64,000 nt of DNA, taken from NCBI GenBank assembly GCA_951406725.2, contig OX597814.1:114266001-114330000 (forward strand), in the 5' to 3' direction. Positions within the stretch are counted from its first letter, which is position 1. Every line of letters starts with the position of its first letter. The translations under genes and the position numbers were made by a program. Source of the DNA: Octopus vulgaris (taxonomy: Eukaryota). The notes below the pieces were generated by a model, which was not told where the DNA came from, did not search any database, and worked only from the letters and a program-made list of their open reading frames with translations. Of this stretch, positions 53,405 through 64,000 are shown one piece after another.

Positions 53405-54994
53405 GCCGCCGATAGTAAATCCTGTTTGAGATATAAAATTAGGAATAACAAAAATATAATTTTTTATATTATTTTTCAGACATATATAATGCATTATTTC
53501 TATTCAAAAATATTAAAAGAACATACTAAATACTGAAGTGCAACAGTTACAACCAATTACTTCGTACGATTTCTTTTGAACTCACAAGAAAATGTATCGA
53601 TTTCTTTATTTTACTGATCTTGGCTAATTGCAATTATTTATATCGACCTTGCTCTATTTTAAATAAAACATGCAGAGGCGTATCTCTAAATAGTTTACTG
53701 TTCTTTGTCACCGCCCTTCTAAAGCAAGCAGCAGTTTCTTGGTATGGAATTTAAATAAACCTAACATTCTTTTCCTTATACGTGTGTATGCCGCATCAGT
53801 TTACAAGCGGTATTTCGTCTGCTGCTACGTTCTGAGTTCAAATTCCGCCGAGGTCGACTTTGTCTTTCAGCCTTTCGGGGGTCGATTGAATAAGTACCAG
53901 TTACGCACTGGAGTCGATATAATCGACTTAATCCGTTTGTCTGTTCTTGTTTGTCCTCTCTGTGTTTAGCTCCTTGTGGGTAGTAAAGAAATAGGTTTAA
54001 CTGTTTTCTCGCTTAAAAGATAAATAATTTACTGTTGTCCATAACATAGATTCTCTTTTCAATTTAGAAACCAATTTGCTTCGTTTACGGCATTAAAATC
54101 ATCAGGAAAGACGTTCAACGTCTTAAACTGTCCATTTCTCTCGAAGAAGAGATGGCGGTTAAGGCGGAAGGGAAATGAATAGCTTTTCTAATCAAGCAGA
54201 CTTTTATAAGCTATACGCACTGCTCTTAACTGGGTATAATATTAATTGTTTCTCATTTTGGCACAAGGCCAGCAACTTACAAGGAAATCTGTTGCATCAA
54301 CCTCAGTGCTCATTTGATCGCTGGGGCAGACCCCGAAAGAATGAAAACCAAAGTCGACTTTGGCGGAATTTGAACATAGGACATAAAGCTAGAAGAAATG
54401 CCGTCAAGCATTTTGTCTGGTGTGCTAACGATTCTGTCATCTCGTTGCCATCTTATAATTGTTCAAATTTTGTTACAAGGCCAGCAGTTTTAGTGGTGGA
54501 GGGGGGGGCAAGTTGATTATATCGACTCTAGTACTTAACTGCTACTTTTTTTTTATCGACCCCGAAAGGATAAAAGTTGGCCGAGACGGAATGGAACTCA
54601 GAACGGAATAAGCCGGAACAAATATCACACAGCACTTTTCCGACGCTCAAACGATTCTGCCAGCACGCCAGTAATCGTATCTCACTTTTGTAGAAGTAAG
54701 GATTCCTGTGAAAATCATATTTTGGTTGGTTCCGATTCTAGAGATCAATCGCTTGACTTTTCATTATTAGATGCATCTATCGAAAGAAGGACTAAGAACT
54801 ATGAAGAAAGGTTAGAAGCAGGGGCGGACCCCGGGGGGGGGGATTAGGGCACGTGCTCCCCATCACCTTAAGGAAAGAAGTGCGCCCTTCTAAATAATGA
54901 TATGCTCTTTTCTCCTGGAATTGTATTCCCATCTGATCTTGTGCCCTCCCTTCGAAAAATTCCTGGGACGGGCCTGAGAAGAATAAAATAATTC

Positions 54995-55266
54995 GGTACT
55001 ACTAGCGAACAGTGGTCCCGGTGCGCGCACTTGCGCAAGCTAGTCGTAAGTAGTCAATCCTACAACAACTTTTTAATTCTAACCCTAAACCTAATTTTTT
55101 AACCCTAACCTCAGTTTGTTTATAAAGTTTTATTTACTTTGTTCGAAAAATATTAATTAAGTTTCTTTGATATGTATTCAGCTTTGAAATACAAACATAC
55201 GCGCAAGTCGTTGTAGGATCGACTACTTACGACTAGCTAGCGCGCACCGGGACCAATAGTGGTACC
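54995..55266. mobile_element. Long-TIR MITE (GGTAC termini, possibly Merlin-type)
   Basis: ~70-80-bp inverted arms, perfect 8-bp TSD aataattc, internal aaccct repeats. Confidence 0.75.
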
Positions 55267-58035
55267 AATAATTCTTTCTACTTTAGGAAGAAGACCTCAG
55301 ATTTTGGAGGATAAGAGGAGTCGATTACACCGACCCAGTTCTTGACTGGTATTTATTTTAACGACCCAGGAAGAATAAAAGGCATAGTCGGCCCCAGCAG
55401 ATATTGAACACAGAACGTAAACATGGAAAATGCTGCAAAGAAACATCAAATAGTAAAATAACTACACCTACCATGACCAACTTATAACAATAAAGGATAT
55501 TAAATCAAACGGCGAATCACTTTGGGATGACAAGCATTGGAGAGCAGCGGAAGTGAAGTACTTTATTCCATTTTAAAAAATGAAATGGAACTTAGCAAAT
55601 TTCTCGTGGAAATGTAGAAAAATGATGATTAAAGAGCAGGTTTCATTTTGCAAAAGTCACCGAATTGAATATCGTTGCTATTATGCAAAAGTGTCGTAAG
55701 TCCAAAACGTTGCTTTTTCAGAAAACGAAAAATTAGTTTCACCATTCCATAGCAAAACCGTTGTACTACACTTTGAGACAATATTTGATATTTTGGCATC
55801 TGAAGTAGCTGGAGATATGATAGTTTGACCAAAAGAACCGGCCACTGCAAGCAAAAATAAATATTCTTCGAAATTTTTGGGGGAGGGTCCAGTCGATTAG
55901 ATCGACCCCAGTACGCAACTGGTAGTTAATTTACCGACCCCGAAAGGATGAAAGGCAAAGTCGACCTCGGCGGAATTTGAACTCAGAACGAAAAGACAGA
56001 AGAAAAAATAAATATTGAAAAAACGCATTTAGTCAAATTTGAAAACCCGTGACAGGGGTTATCTCACCCTTTTTCCTCCCCTCTTTTTACATAGATGTTG
56101 TGACATACAAACAGATGGAGATCAACTTCTCTATTATAAGATTATCCTAGTTTTATCGGAATCGAAACCTCAATATGCTAATTAAGCCAACCAATTCAGA
56201 ATCGATCGTCTGCTTAAATTTGAGCGGTTCGATCTCAATCCCAACTCCCCAATGGTTGTTCAAGAATAGAAACATTGTTTGAAGACTTAAAAATTTCTTC
56301 TCAGTTCTGTCTTAAGAAAACTTTGTGTAAAAAAAAAAAAAAAGAAGTTATGAAAGAGCTATTCGTATGCAGACGTTTTAATTTTCCCCGTTGTCTTGTG
56401 AGTTATTTAATAACACTAATAAATTTTAGACCTTTTTAGATAGTTCAACAAAATTACATGATTATTTTAGCGAAGCAGGTGTTTTACAGAATAAGTCTGA
56501 GAAGCGTAGTTTAGACTAGAAAAAAATTGTTCTAACTAATTGGCTTTCTCTTGACAAATCCGCTCGACACTAGGTTAATCAACCAGATGTTCAGATTTGT
56601 TCTCTCACTTGTAACCATGATATGCCGTATTTTTTCACCTTTTCCGCAGCTTTTGTCAAGTTATAACGCTGAGCTTAGCCTCCACAAACAATTTCTCCTA
56701 GTAATTTTCCAGAATCGCTTTTATATAAACTTTTACTGGATTGAAATTGCAAATTAAGATATGAAATTTTTTAAGTCAGAATTTTATTCTATTTTAACCG
56801 GTATTCGCATAGTATTATTAAATTATTATTATTTCATCCTATGAACAAGATTCGGCTATCATTTTCTTTTGGTAATCAGAAAACAAAAGGAAAAATAATA
56901 TACAAGCCAACTTTTGTAGCTAAATGTTAAAGACCATATTATAATTTTGTAATAGCATCTTCAAAACATACCAATGAAATTTCGCTCGCTAATACCCTTC
57001 AACTCGGCACCAACAGCATGATGAAGAGTCTTTAGACAAGAATCTGCCAGCCCCCAAAACCTTATGTAAAGGTTACCCATTTTCATTCTATGACCGTAGT
57101 TCAGCGAAGAGTCAGTTCCTGATGTTTTTATCAGTGCTTTGTGGTTGTCGTTAATGCGAAAGCATATATTAGAACTTCAGATTTCTTGAACATATTTGGT
57201 AAGACAAGAGCTCCTAGTTCGGTTCAACACCGTTAAATTATTCAAACAGAGCTACTATATCCGAATAAATTTGTAGTGATACTATAACGGTGCGCGCGCG
57301 CGCACCGTCCATTTTCTATTTCGCGCGTGTTGGTGCCTTTACCAAGGCACAGAAAGGAAGGGCCCTCTCGCGCATGCGCGAACCACCGGAAGCACGACCC
57401 TATTGCCTACGGCAGTTAGCGGGGCAAGGGGGTCGTAGAAAGTTTGACCGCTAGCAGCAGTCAGGAGTGACTTTGAGACATGGCTATCGAAGGCAACGGT
57501 CACGTATATTCTCTCTCCGTCAGGACTTGATTCTAGCAGCAGTCGGCCGAATGCCTTTAACCAAATTGTTGCCGACCACATTCAACTTCCCAGTTCGACG
57601 CCATCTTGAACCCGTTCTGGTTTTAGCGGCTGAATATTGTAAATATTACAATCGATTAACTTTCAGCCTTGCGCGCCCCGAACCAAGGACATCAGATAAC
57701 CACTTATTGTTATTGTTACCAAGAAAGAGAATAAAGTAGTATATATATATTTTACGTCTGCGTCTTGTTGTTTCTGACTGGTAGAATTCTGGATTATTAA
57801 AGCAACGGCTAGTGATTGCTTTCTTGTACCCCGAAAGTACAAGACAAGATATTCACACTCATTAAGTTCGTTACAAATTTCTACTTTGTGAAATCAACGC
57901 AGAATTCGTTTCGGTAACAGCAGCAGCCGTTGAATTGAGCTCTTTTCACCCCACCCTCACACCTTTTTTTAAAAAATTATTCCTTAGTTAGGAAGGAACA
58001 ACAGTGCTGATGACCCTTTAAAGGAATTTAAGATT

Positions 58036-58422
58036 TTATTTACATTCGACGGATATTTGTCCTCGTCTTGTTTGTTGTTAACACAACATTTCAGCCTTCT
58101 TCAGGTGTCTTGGGGAAATTTCGAACCTGGGTTCTTATTCCTAAGGTATTTTTCGATGATGATGTAGTTGTTGTTGTTCAGGTCACTGCTTGGAATCGAA
58201 CTCAGAATCTTGGGGTTGGTAGCCCGTGCTCTTAACCACTACACCATATGCCTGTGGGCATATGGCGAATGAGAACCTAGGTTCAAAATTTCTCCAAGAC
58301 ACCTGAAGAAGGCTGAAGAGTATATCAGCCGAAAGGTTGAGTTAACAACAAACAAGATAAGGACAAATATCCGTCGAATGTAAATAATGTACATAATTCC
58401 TCATCTCTTAAATATAGAACTG
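58036..58422. mobile_element. Palindromic tRNA-head/hammerhead element, copy D
   Basis: Inverted arms with centre ~58254 (right arm lacks most of the head); CTGAAGA cores; tail 58391-58422; flanking direct repeat aatt(t/c)aagatt 58025-58035 / 58423-58433. Confidence 0.8.
58298..58343 (+). ncRNA. Hammerhead ribozyme motif variant (CUGAAGA)
   Basis: gacacCTGAAGAaggctg...cagccGAAAggttgagtt: perfect stem II, mutated helix III and stem I. Confidence 0.55.
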
Positions 58423-58589
58423 AATTCAAGATTCGTTGGAGGGAGGGAAGAATATATACTCAAAATGCAGATCTGACCCAAATGCCGTACAAGAAAACTG
58501 ACCATTCTTTCTAAAAGTATGCAGTGGGTGTAATATCTTTGACCATTGTTCTATATTCTCGCCTCAAAGTTGAAGCTGAAGGTGTTGTT

Positions 58590-59050
58590 GGGACTACACT
58601 AGATCCACAGAGGAACGCATGAAAGCTGTCGCTAGATGCAGTGTGTGGTGGCCAAACTTGAATGTTGAGACTGAAATGACATGTAATGTTTGTGAAGTAT
58701 GCTCTCGGGATCAAAGCAGTCCAGCTCAGCCCCGGGAATATCCAAACCAGCCATGAGAAATAATATACGGTAGACTTTACTGGTCGATTCGTGGGACATG
58801 GTCTTAATTGTTGTTAAGTAATCGAAATGGACGGAAGTCTGTATCATGAACTGGGCAGCTGCTACTGTCAAAGTGAAAAAGTTGAGAGAAATCTTCGCCA
58901 TTCCTGGTCCGCCGATAATATCATTAAGTGACAATGGTCTATGTTTTGTTAGTAAAGATTTTAAATTATTTATAGGCTTTCCTGGAATAAGGCATATATT
59001 CACTGCCCCGTAACATCCCTTGTAACGACAATGTGTAGCGATACGTTACA
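58590..59050 (+). mobile_element. Degenerate Gypsy/Ty3 integrase relic
   Basis: Frame from 58861 reads KLREIFAIPGPPIISLSDNGLCFVSKDFKLF..GIRHIFTAP*HP; upstream RMKAVARCSVWWP. Confidence 0.75.
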
Positions 59051-59181
59051 TCGAATAAATGAATGAAGAACATTTTCTTACTGATTGGGATGACTATTTT
59101 ATTTTTATGATGGTCGTTACAATATATAAGATGCAACTTCTTCGAGTTGTTTGTGTACACATCTTGTTAGTTTCTACGACC

Positions 59182-59326
59182 CAGTAGCGTAGCTAGAGGG
59201 GAGTAGGAGCGGTCAACCCCGGCCGGCAGTTTTGACTCCTCTGTTGGCAATATATGTTTTTTGTAGGGTCCGGGGGCGGTAACGGAAGGGCCGCTCCGGA
59301 CGGCTTACACTCTAGCTACGCTAGTG
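59182..59326. mobile_element. hAT-type MITE
   Basis: TIR cagtagcgtagctagag / ctctagctacgctagtg; perfect 8-bp TSD ctacgacc. Confidence 0.8.
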
Positions 59327-59508
59327 CTACGACCATTTTTCACCTACTGAAACCAAATACTCGCGGTCGAGTTTTACAGTGAGGGCCAATATATGAAATA
59401 AAGGGCGAAGATATTACATCCGCTGCGTCTATTTAGAAAGGATGATCGTGTCCTTGTAGAGAATTTTGGAGCTGGTGAACGCTGGGTGGGGGGTGGGGGC
59501 ACTATTAC

Positions 59509-59670
59509 AAGGGCCGCATCAGGGTACCGGCAACTCGGGCAGTCGCCCGGGGAACCATGTACTAGGGCCAAGGAGGGCGTGACATAGACAAGGAAATTTC
59601 CACGATTGTCAGCTTGTACGTGCCGAAGTTCAGCTTGCTCGGGGCGCCAACAACCTTAGGGCCGGCCCTC
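59509..59670. mobile_element. hAT-type MITE
   Basis: agggccg...cggccct ends; TSD actattac/actataac. Confidence 0.6.
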
Positions 59671-60327
59671 ACTATAACCCAGCAGTTGGTAGCCGTGAAT
59701 TTTGAACTAAGAGTAGATGGAAACGTGTTAGAACGACATTTAGACCGAAGTATCGAATCTCATGTTCCTACTTTCATCGCATCTGAGGTTCCAGTTATTC
59801 CTGGTATACCTGAAATTTCTGAGTTACCTAAAATACCGGGTGAAGTTTTTGAATCATAAACTGAAATACAGGGTTCCAGCATCGCTTGAGGTGTCAATTA
59901 TTGCCGATTTTTCTCTGTGTGATTTTATTCTCTGTCCCAGTACATCTAGAGCACTGATTGGTCCCTGAATTTGGGTGAAGGTAAAAAAATACGCACACCC
60001 GATGTTTAGGGTTAGGGTTAGTTTTGGGGTCTGGGATTTTGTTACACCGAAAACAAGTGGGTAAATTTTCAGATTAACATCCGCACGCCCCCCCCCCCCC
60101 CGGATTTATTTTACGTGGAATCATGTACCCTGACCTCTTAATATGCTGCAAATCTCATATTTTGGTTCGGAAGGGGGGAGGCGAAGGGATTTGCAGCATA
60201 TTAGGGAGTCAGGGTGCTTGATTACACGCAAAAAATCCGGATTTTTTTTGTGAAAATCGTACGGATGTTAATCTGAAAATGTACTGATACTTCTGCTGGT
60301 ATACCAAAAATGAATGTAAATACAGAA

Positions 60328-60503
60328 GGCGTAAGAGTGGCTGTGTGGTAAGTAGCTTGCTTACGAACCACATAGTTCCGGGTTCAGCCCCACTGCGTGG
60401 CACCTTGGGCAAGTGTCTTCTACTATAGCCTCGGGCCGACCAAAGCCTTGTGAGTGGATTTGGTAGACAGAAACTGAAAGAAGCCCGACGTATATGCATG
60501 TAT

Positions 60504-60535
<32 letters not shown>

Positions 60536-60770
60536 ATGTATGTATATGTGTGTATATGTTTGTGTGTCTTTGTTTGTCCCCCCCAACATCGCTTGACAAC
60601 CGATGCTGGTGTGTTTACGTCCCCGTAACTTAGCGGTTCGGCAAAAGAGATCCTATAGAATAAGTATTAGGCTTACAAAGAATAAGTCCTGGGGTCGATT
60701 TGGTCGACTAAAGGCGGTGCTCCAGCATGGCCACAGTCAAATGACTGAAACAAATAATAGAGTAAAGAGT
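60328..60770 (+). mobile_element. tRNA-derived SINE family 1 (other copies ~905-1295, 3940-4381, 35729-36128, 51870-52221 plus; 187-460, 15340-15680, 18744-18945, 39951-40388 minus)
   Basis: A/B-box head (tggctgtgtgg...gggttcagtccc), ccttgggcaagt core, internal TA/TG microsatellite, gtaaaaga tail. Confidence 0.85.
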
Positions 60771-61216
60771 AAGACGAGAAAAAGTGTGACAAAGTCGAAT
60801 CCCCTTTAAAACGGCAATGACATTCGAACACGTTAGGAATATTGTTTTCATTAGAGTTATTTTTCTCTGCTGTTTTCTTATACCTGTTTCTCTCACTACT
60901 ACAAACCGATAACAAGTTTATTCGTCCATATGACAACTAACTTATTCTAAATATTGAATTCATAAAACTTTAAATAATATTTTTTTTTTAATCTAAAAGT
61001 AACATTTAAAAAATATTTGTGCTCTGTTAGTTATTTTCGTATAAATTATATTTTCCATTAGGGAGAAAAAAACTGGATTCATTTAAATATAGATTTGAGA
61101 TCAAATTAGATTATTTAATTCTTATAATATTTATTTTATTCTAATCTGTATTTTAAGATTAATCATATTTTACGCTATTTGTTTACGAAACAGTGGTAAT
61201 TGTTTATATTTACAAC

Positions 61217-61378
61217 ATGGCGGACGCAAGTGAAAGTTCTCCGTCGGAGAAAGAAGAGAAAATGACACCTGAAGATAATGATAACGTTGAAGGAGCTGAA
61301 GGTGGAGCTAGTCAGGTGAAACCAACGTGTGTCATTGTTCTTGGAATGGCTGGATCTGGTAAAAGCACATTTGTACAG
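61217..61378 (+). CDS. GPN1: GPN-loop GTPase 1 (GPN1/XAB1), first coding exon
   Basis: MADASE...PTCVIVLGMAGSGKSTFVQ followed by a CAG|GT donor. The P-loop GMAGSGK(S/T)TFVQ is typical of GPN1. Confidence 0.88.
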
Positions 61379-61737
61379 GTATTAATTCATTTTTCTTTCT
61401 CGTTCCGATTCATGACTTGTTTATACACGCTGCTTGTTTATATCAGGCCAGGCCCCGACTGAACAGACAGGTGATCAAAGACAATCCAACATTCACCATC
61501 CTATCCATTTATATATCTAGGATTCCATTATCCAGTTTACCCTTTTCTAGTTACTGTATATTTTGATTTTGGTGGCTGCTGTTTCTAGCTGGCGAAGCTA
61601 CCGCGATTTGACTGTTAATTCTAGCTCGTTGAGTAATCATATACTAACAGCCACATGCCAGTGCTATTACATTGTTTGCTAAAAGGCCAAACAACAACCA
61701 CAACAGCAATGACTAAAAGCTATTAAAATAAATTGCT

Positions 61738-62110
61738 GGTACTACTTAAGAAGAGTGGTCCCGGTGCGCGTACTCGCGCATCCGCGCTAGCTAGTCGATC
61801 CTACAACGACTACCTAGCAAAGTAAAACACAAAGTAAATAATTGGCGTAACTTCGGTATAGGTACCGGATACATTTCAAGAAAGTGTTTTTTTTTTATAT
61901 ATATGGGGGGTTAGGCTTAGGGGTAGGAGAAAAGGGTTTCTGTTATCTTCAGAAATGTAAACAAAGCCACTTACGGTACCTATACCGAAGGATCGCCATT
62001 TTTTTTAAACAAAAAAACAAAAACAAAACAAAGTAAGGATCGGCTAGTCACGACTAGCTAGCGCGAATGCGCGAGTGCTTGCACCGGGACCACTCTTCTT
62101 AAGTAGTACC
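61738..62110. mobile_element. Second copy of the GGTAC long-TIR MITE, in GPN1 intron 1
   Basis: ggtactacttaagaagagtggtcccggtgc perfectly inverted at both ends; inner inverted repeat cttcggtataggtacc. Confidence 0.75.
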
Positions 62111-64000
62111 TGCTTGGAGTTGCTTAAAGTGTTTGTGTGGCATACCACTATGTAACACCATCATCATTTAACGTCCGCTTTCCATGCTGGCATGGGTTGG
62201 ATGGTTTGACAGGAACTGGCAGGGCCAAGGGGCCACACCAGGTTCCATAATCTGTTATGGCTTCGTCTCTACAGCTGGATGCCCTTCTTAACATCAACCA
62301 CTTTACAGTGTATTCTTTATTTAGCACCAGTGTTTTATTGTATTTCTTCTAATATTGGCTTGTTGGGTAGAAAACAAGAGATGAATAAGATTATGTGATG
62401 TTCATGCCTTTATAGGTAACCTAATTAATGAAAGTTAACTCCTTAAAAAGAATTAATTCAATGGTACTCCTGATGCTGTCCCTTCAGAAAATGGATAAAA
62501 AGCAAAAAAAAATTTTTTTTTTTTTCCAGTGATTTACTTACATTGTGAACTAATAAAGGGTTTACTATATAGATGTTTGACCTGCTTGAAAAGCAGCCAA
62601 ATCTCTATCAAATTACATCTTACTTTCATAGATAAACCACCATAAGGGCCAATGCTTGTTGCAAGGTGGTGGCTTTTATATATATCAATGACCCAGAGAT
62701 GTATGCGAGTGAAGCGCAAGCTTTTTGTGGGGTCTCCTGTGCTGGACAGATCAAAAGATAGAGGCCAGACTAATATGAACCACATCTTTCCAGAGATGAA
62801 AATAGGTTTGTTTATATGCCCAACACCTCTACCGAGAGAAAAAAGCTAAATTACAGCACTGATGGCAATTGAAAACCTGCAAGACCTAGGAAAGGAAGGC
62901 TTTCCATCATGGAAACATGACAAGTAGCAATAAGTAGGGACCCAGCTGGAGAGAAGCAGAAAAGAGAGGTTGAAAACGGTGGAGAAATGTTGTCAATGGC
63001 CTATGCTCCATTGGGAGGAAAGGGCTGTAGTAATTCATAAATAAAAACAGGATGATCATGGTTGGAATACCTTTAATCATTGATCTCTTTGTTCATGGTT
63101 GACCTGAGTTTAAAAAAAAAAACTTGTATTTGTTTGTATATAATACTGTTTATTTCATAATATCCAATATCTTGAAGGCGGCAAGCTGGCAGAAATGTTA
63201 GCATGCCGGGCGAAATGCTTAGTGGTATTTTGTCTGTCTTTACATTCGGAGTTCAAATTCCACCAAGGTCGACTTTGCCTTTCATCCTTTCAGAGTTGAT
63301 CTAATTGACTAGCCCCCCTCCCCCAAAATTTTGGGCCTTGTGCCTAGAGTAGAAAAGAATATTCCAATATTTTGAGAATGTATGGTGGCAAGCTTGCAGA
63401 ATCGATGCCATGCTTGTTAAAATGCTTTGTGGCACTTTTGCAAATCAAAGTCACTGACTGGTGCCTGTGACAGTGGAATCCTAAGGACACCATCCAAGCG
63501 TGATCATTGCCAGAGCAGCTGACTGGCTTCTGTGCTGGTGGCACATGAAAAAACATTTGAGTGAGGTCATTGCCAGTGCTGCTGGTGGCATGTAAAAAAC
63601 ACCATTTGAGCATGGTCGTTGCCTATAGCACCTGACTGGCCCTCTTGCCGGTGGCACATAAAAGCACCCACTGCACTCTTGGAGTGGTTGGCATTAGGAA
63701 GGGCATCCAGCTGTAGAAACTCTGCCAGATCAGATTGGAGCCTAGTGCAGCCCTAGTCAAACTGTCCAACCCATGCCAGCATGGAAAGTGGATGTTAAAT
63801 GATGATGATGATTTACATCCTGAGTTCAAATGCCACCAGGGATGACTTTGTGTTTCATCCTTATGGTTTCACTAAAATAAGTACCAGTTGAACAGTGGGG
63901 TCAGTGTAATTACTGGCCATCACCCATTACACTTTTGGAGTTGTTGGTGTTAGGAAGGGTATCCAGCTATAAAAACCATGTCAAATCAGTTGAGTATGGT

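Noticed and set aside
57339-57739. Protein-coding ORFs in the CpG island
   Set aside because: No recognisable domain; the ATGGCG-initiated minus frame stops after 15 codons.

Overview
AT-rich, repeat-dense animal genomic DNA; the SINE repertoire looks like octopus/coleoid cephalopod (recognised from memory, not verified). The minus strand carries the 5' part of a serine/threonine kinase 36 (STK36/Fused) gene. I traced 12 coding exons with consistent GT-AG phases from ATG 47455 to 5294 (1592 nt); the gene continues past the left edge. A candidate promoter at ~53.3-53.4 kb has TATA, RFX X-box and forkhead motifs. The first coding exon of GPN1 (61217-61378) starts divergently on the plus strand. 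The rest is SINEs, LINE fragments (CR1, RTE), DNA transposons/MITEs, a Gypsy integrase relic and microsatellites; nearly all other track ORFs are spurious. The most striking observation is a short repeat in four loci (22.5, 32.5, 49.9, 58.0 kb). It fuses a tRNA-like Pol III head, an (AAT)n linker and a minimal type I hammerhead ribozyme. Three copies are head-to-head palindromes, and two have a one-sided 32-nt tail, suggesting a Penelope-mobilised ribozyme-carrying SINE.
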